From the NCBI GenBank assembly GCA_013239625.1, contig MU054001.1:5381078-5445077 (forward strand): a stretch of 64,000 nt of DNA, in the 5' to 3' direction. The first letter of the stretch is position 1. The number at the start of each line of letters is the position of its first letter. Below the pieces are notes generated by a model. It made no database searches. It worked only from the letters and a program-made list of their open reading frames with translations, and had not been told where the DNA came from. The stretch is from Lama guanicoe (lineage: Eukaryota). The translations under genes were made by a program, and so were the position numbers. Below, in pieces: positions 63,809-64,000 of this stretch.

Positions 63809-64000
63809 TGTCAACAAAAAATTAATCAGTTGATCTATGAAAGAAATGGAAATTTTTATTTGAGCCAAATTTGAGACTTATAACCTGGGAAGAGCATCTC
63901 AGAAAGCTCTGAGAGCTGTTCTGCCGGTTAGAAATCAAGGCACAGTTTTATAAGTTTTTTGAGACAGAGGTCCGTACATCAAATGATGTATTGTTAACAG
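63809..64000 (-). mobile_element. ERV1 (MER41-like) LTR, running off the window end
   Basis: Plus strand begins tgtcaac (LTR end ...gttgaca), with minus-strand AATAAA and ttttataag...gagaca...acatcaa. Confidence 0.6.

Noticed and set aside
1..64000. Prokaryotic systems (CRISPR, operons) or naming the neighbouring developmental gene
   Set aside because: The sequence is mammalian with no repeat-spacer arrays, and no exon of a recognisable neighbouring gene is present to anchor the locus.

Overview
Mammalian genomic DNA, very probably camelid (alpaca/camel): it carries short tRNA-Ala-derived SINEs and lineage-type L1 3' ends. The window is repeat-rich (L1, L2, L3, MIR, MaLR/ERVL/ERV1 LTRs, hAT MITEs) and almost gene-free. 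The one credible protein-coding unit is an intronless, strongly diverged cTAGE5/MIA2-family retrocopy on the minus strand (15770-16477). Its ORF is open, it carries an in-frame internal deletion, and it has its own promoter-like upstream region and poly(A) signals. A CpG island at ~57.35-58.35 kb and several non-repetitive, homeodomain-motif-dense blocks suggest a developmental-gene regulatory desert. The most unusual retroelement observations are: (i) a ~2.5-kb ORF1-only 'half-L1'-like element whose 3' part is antisense ORF2 pieces with a clustered A-to-G, ADAR-like skew; (ii) two copies of a chimeric L1 3' end sharing one junction; (iii) a SINE with an apparent 3' transduction past a T-run; (iv) an internal L1 fragment replacing the middle of a MaLR LTR. 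Repeat family names come from recalled consensus similarity, not a database search, and boundaries are approximate unless TSDs are given.
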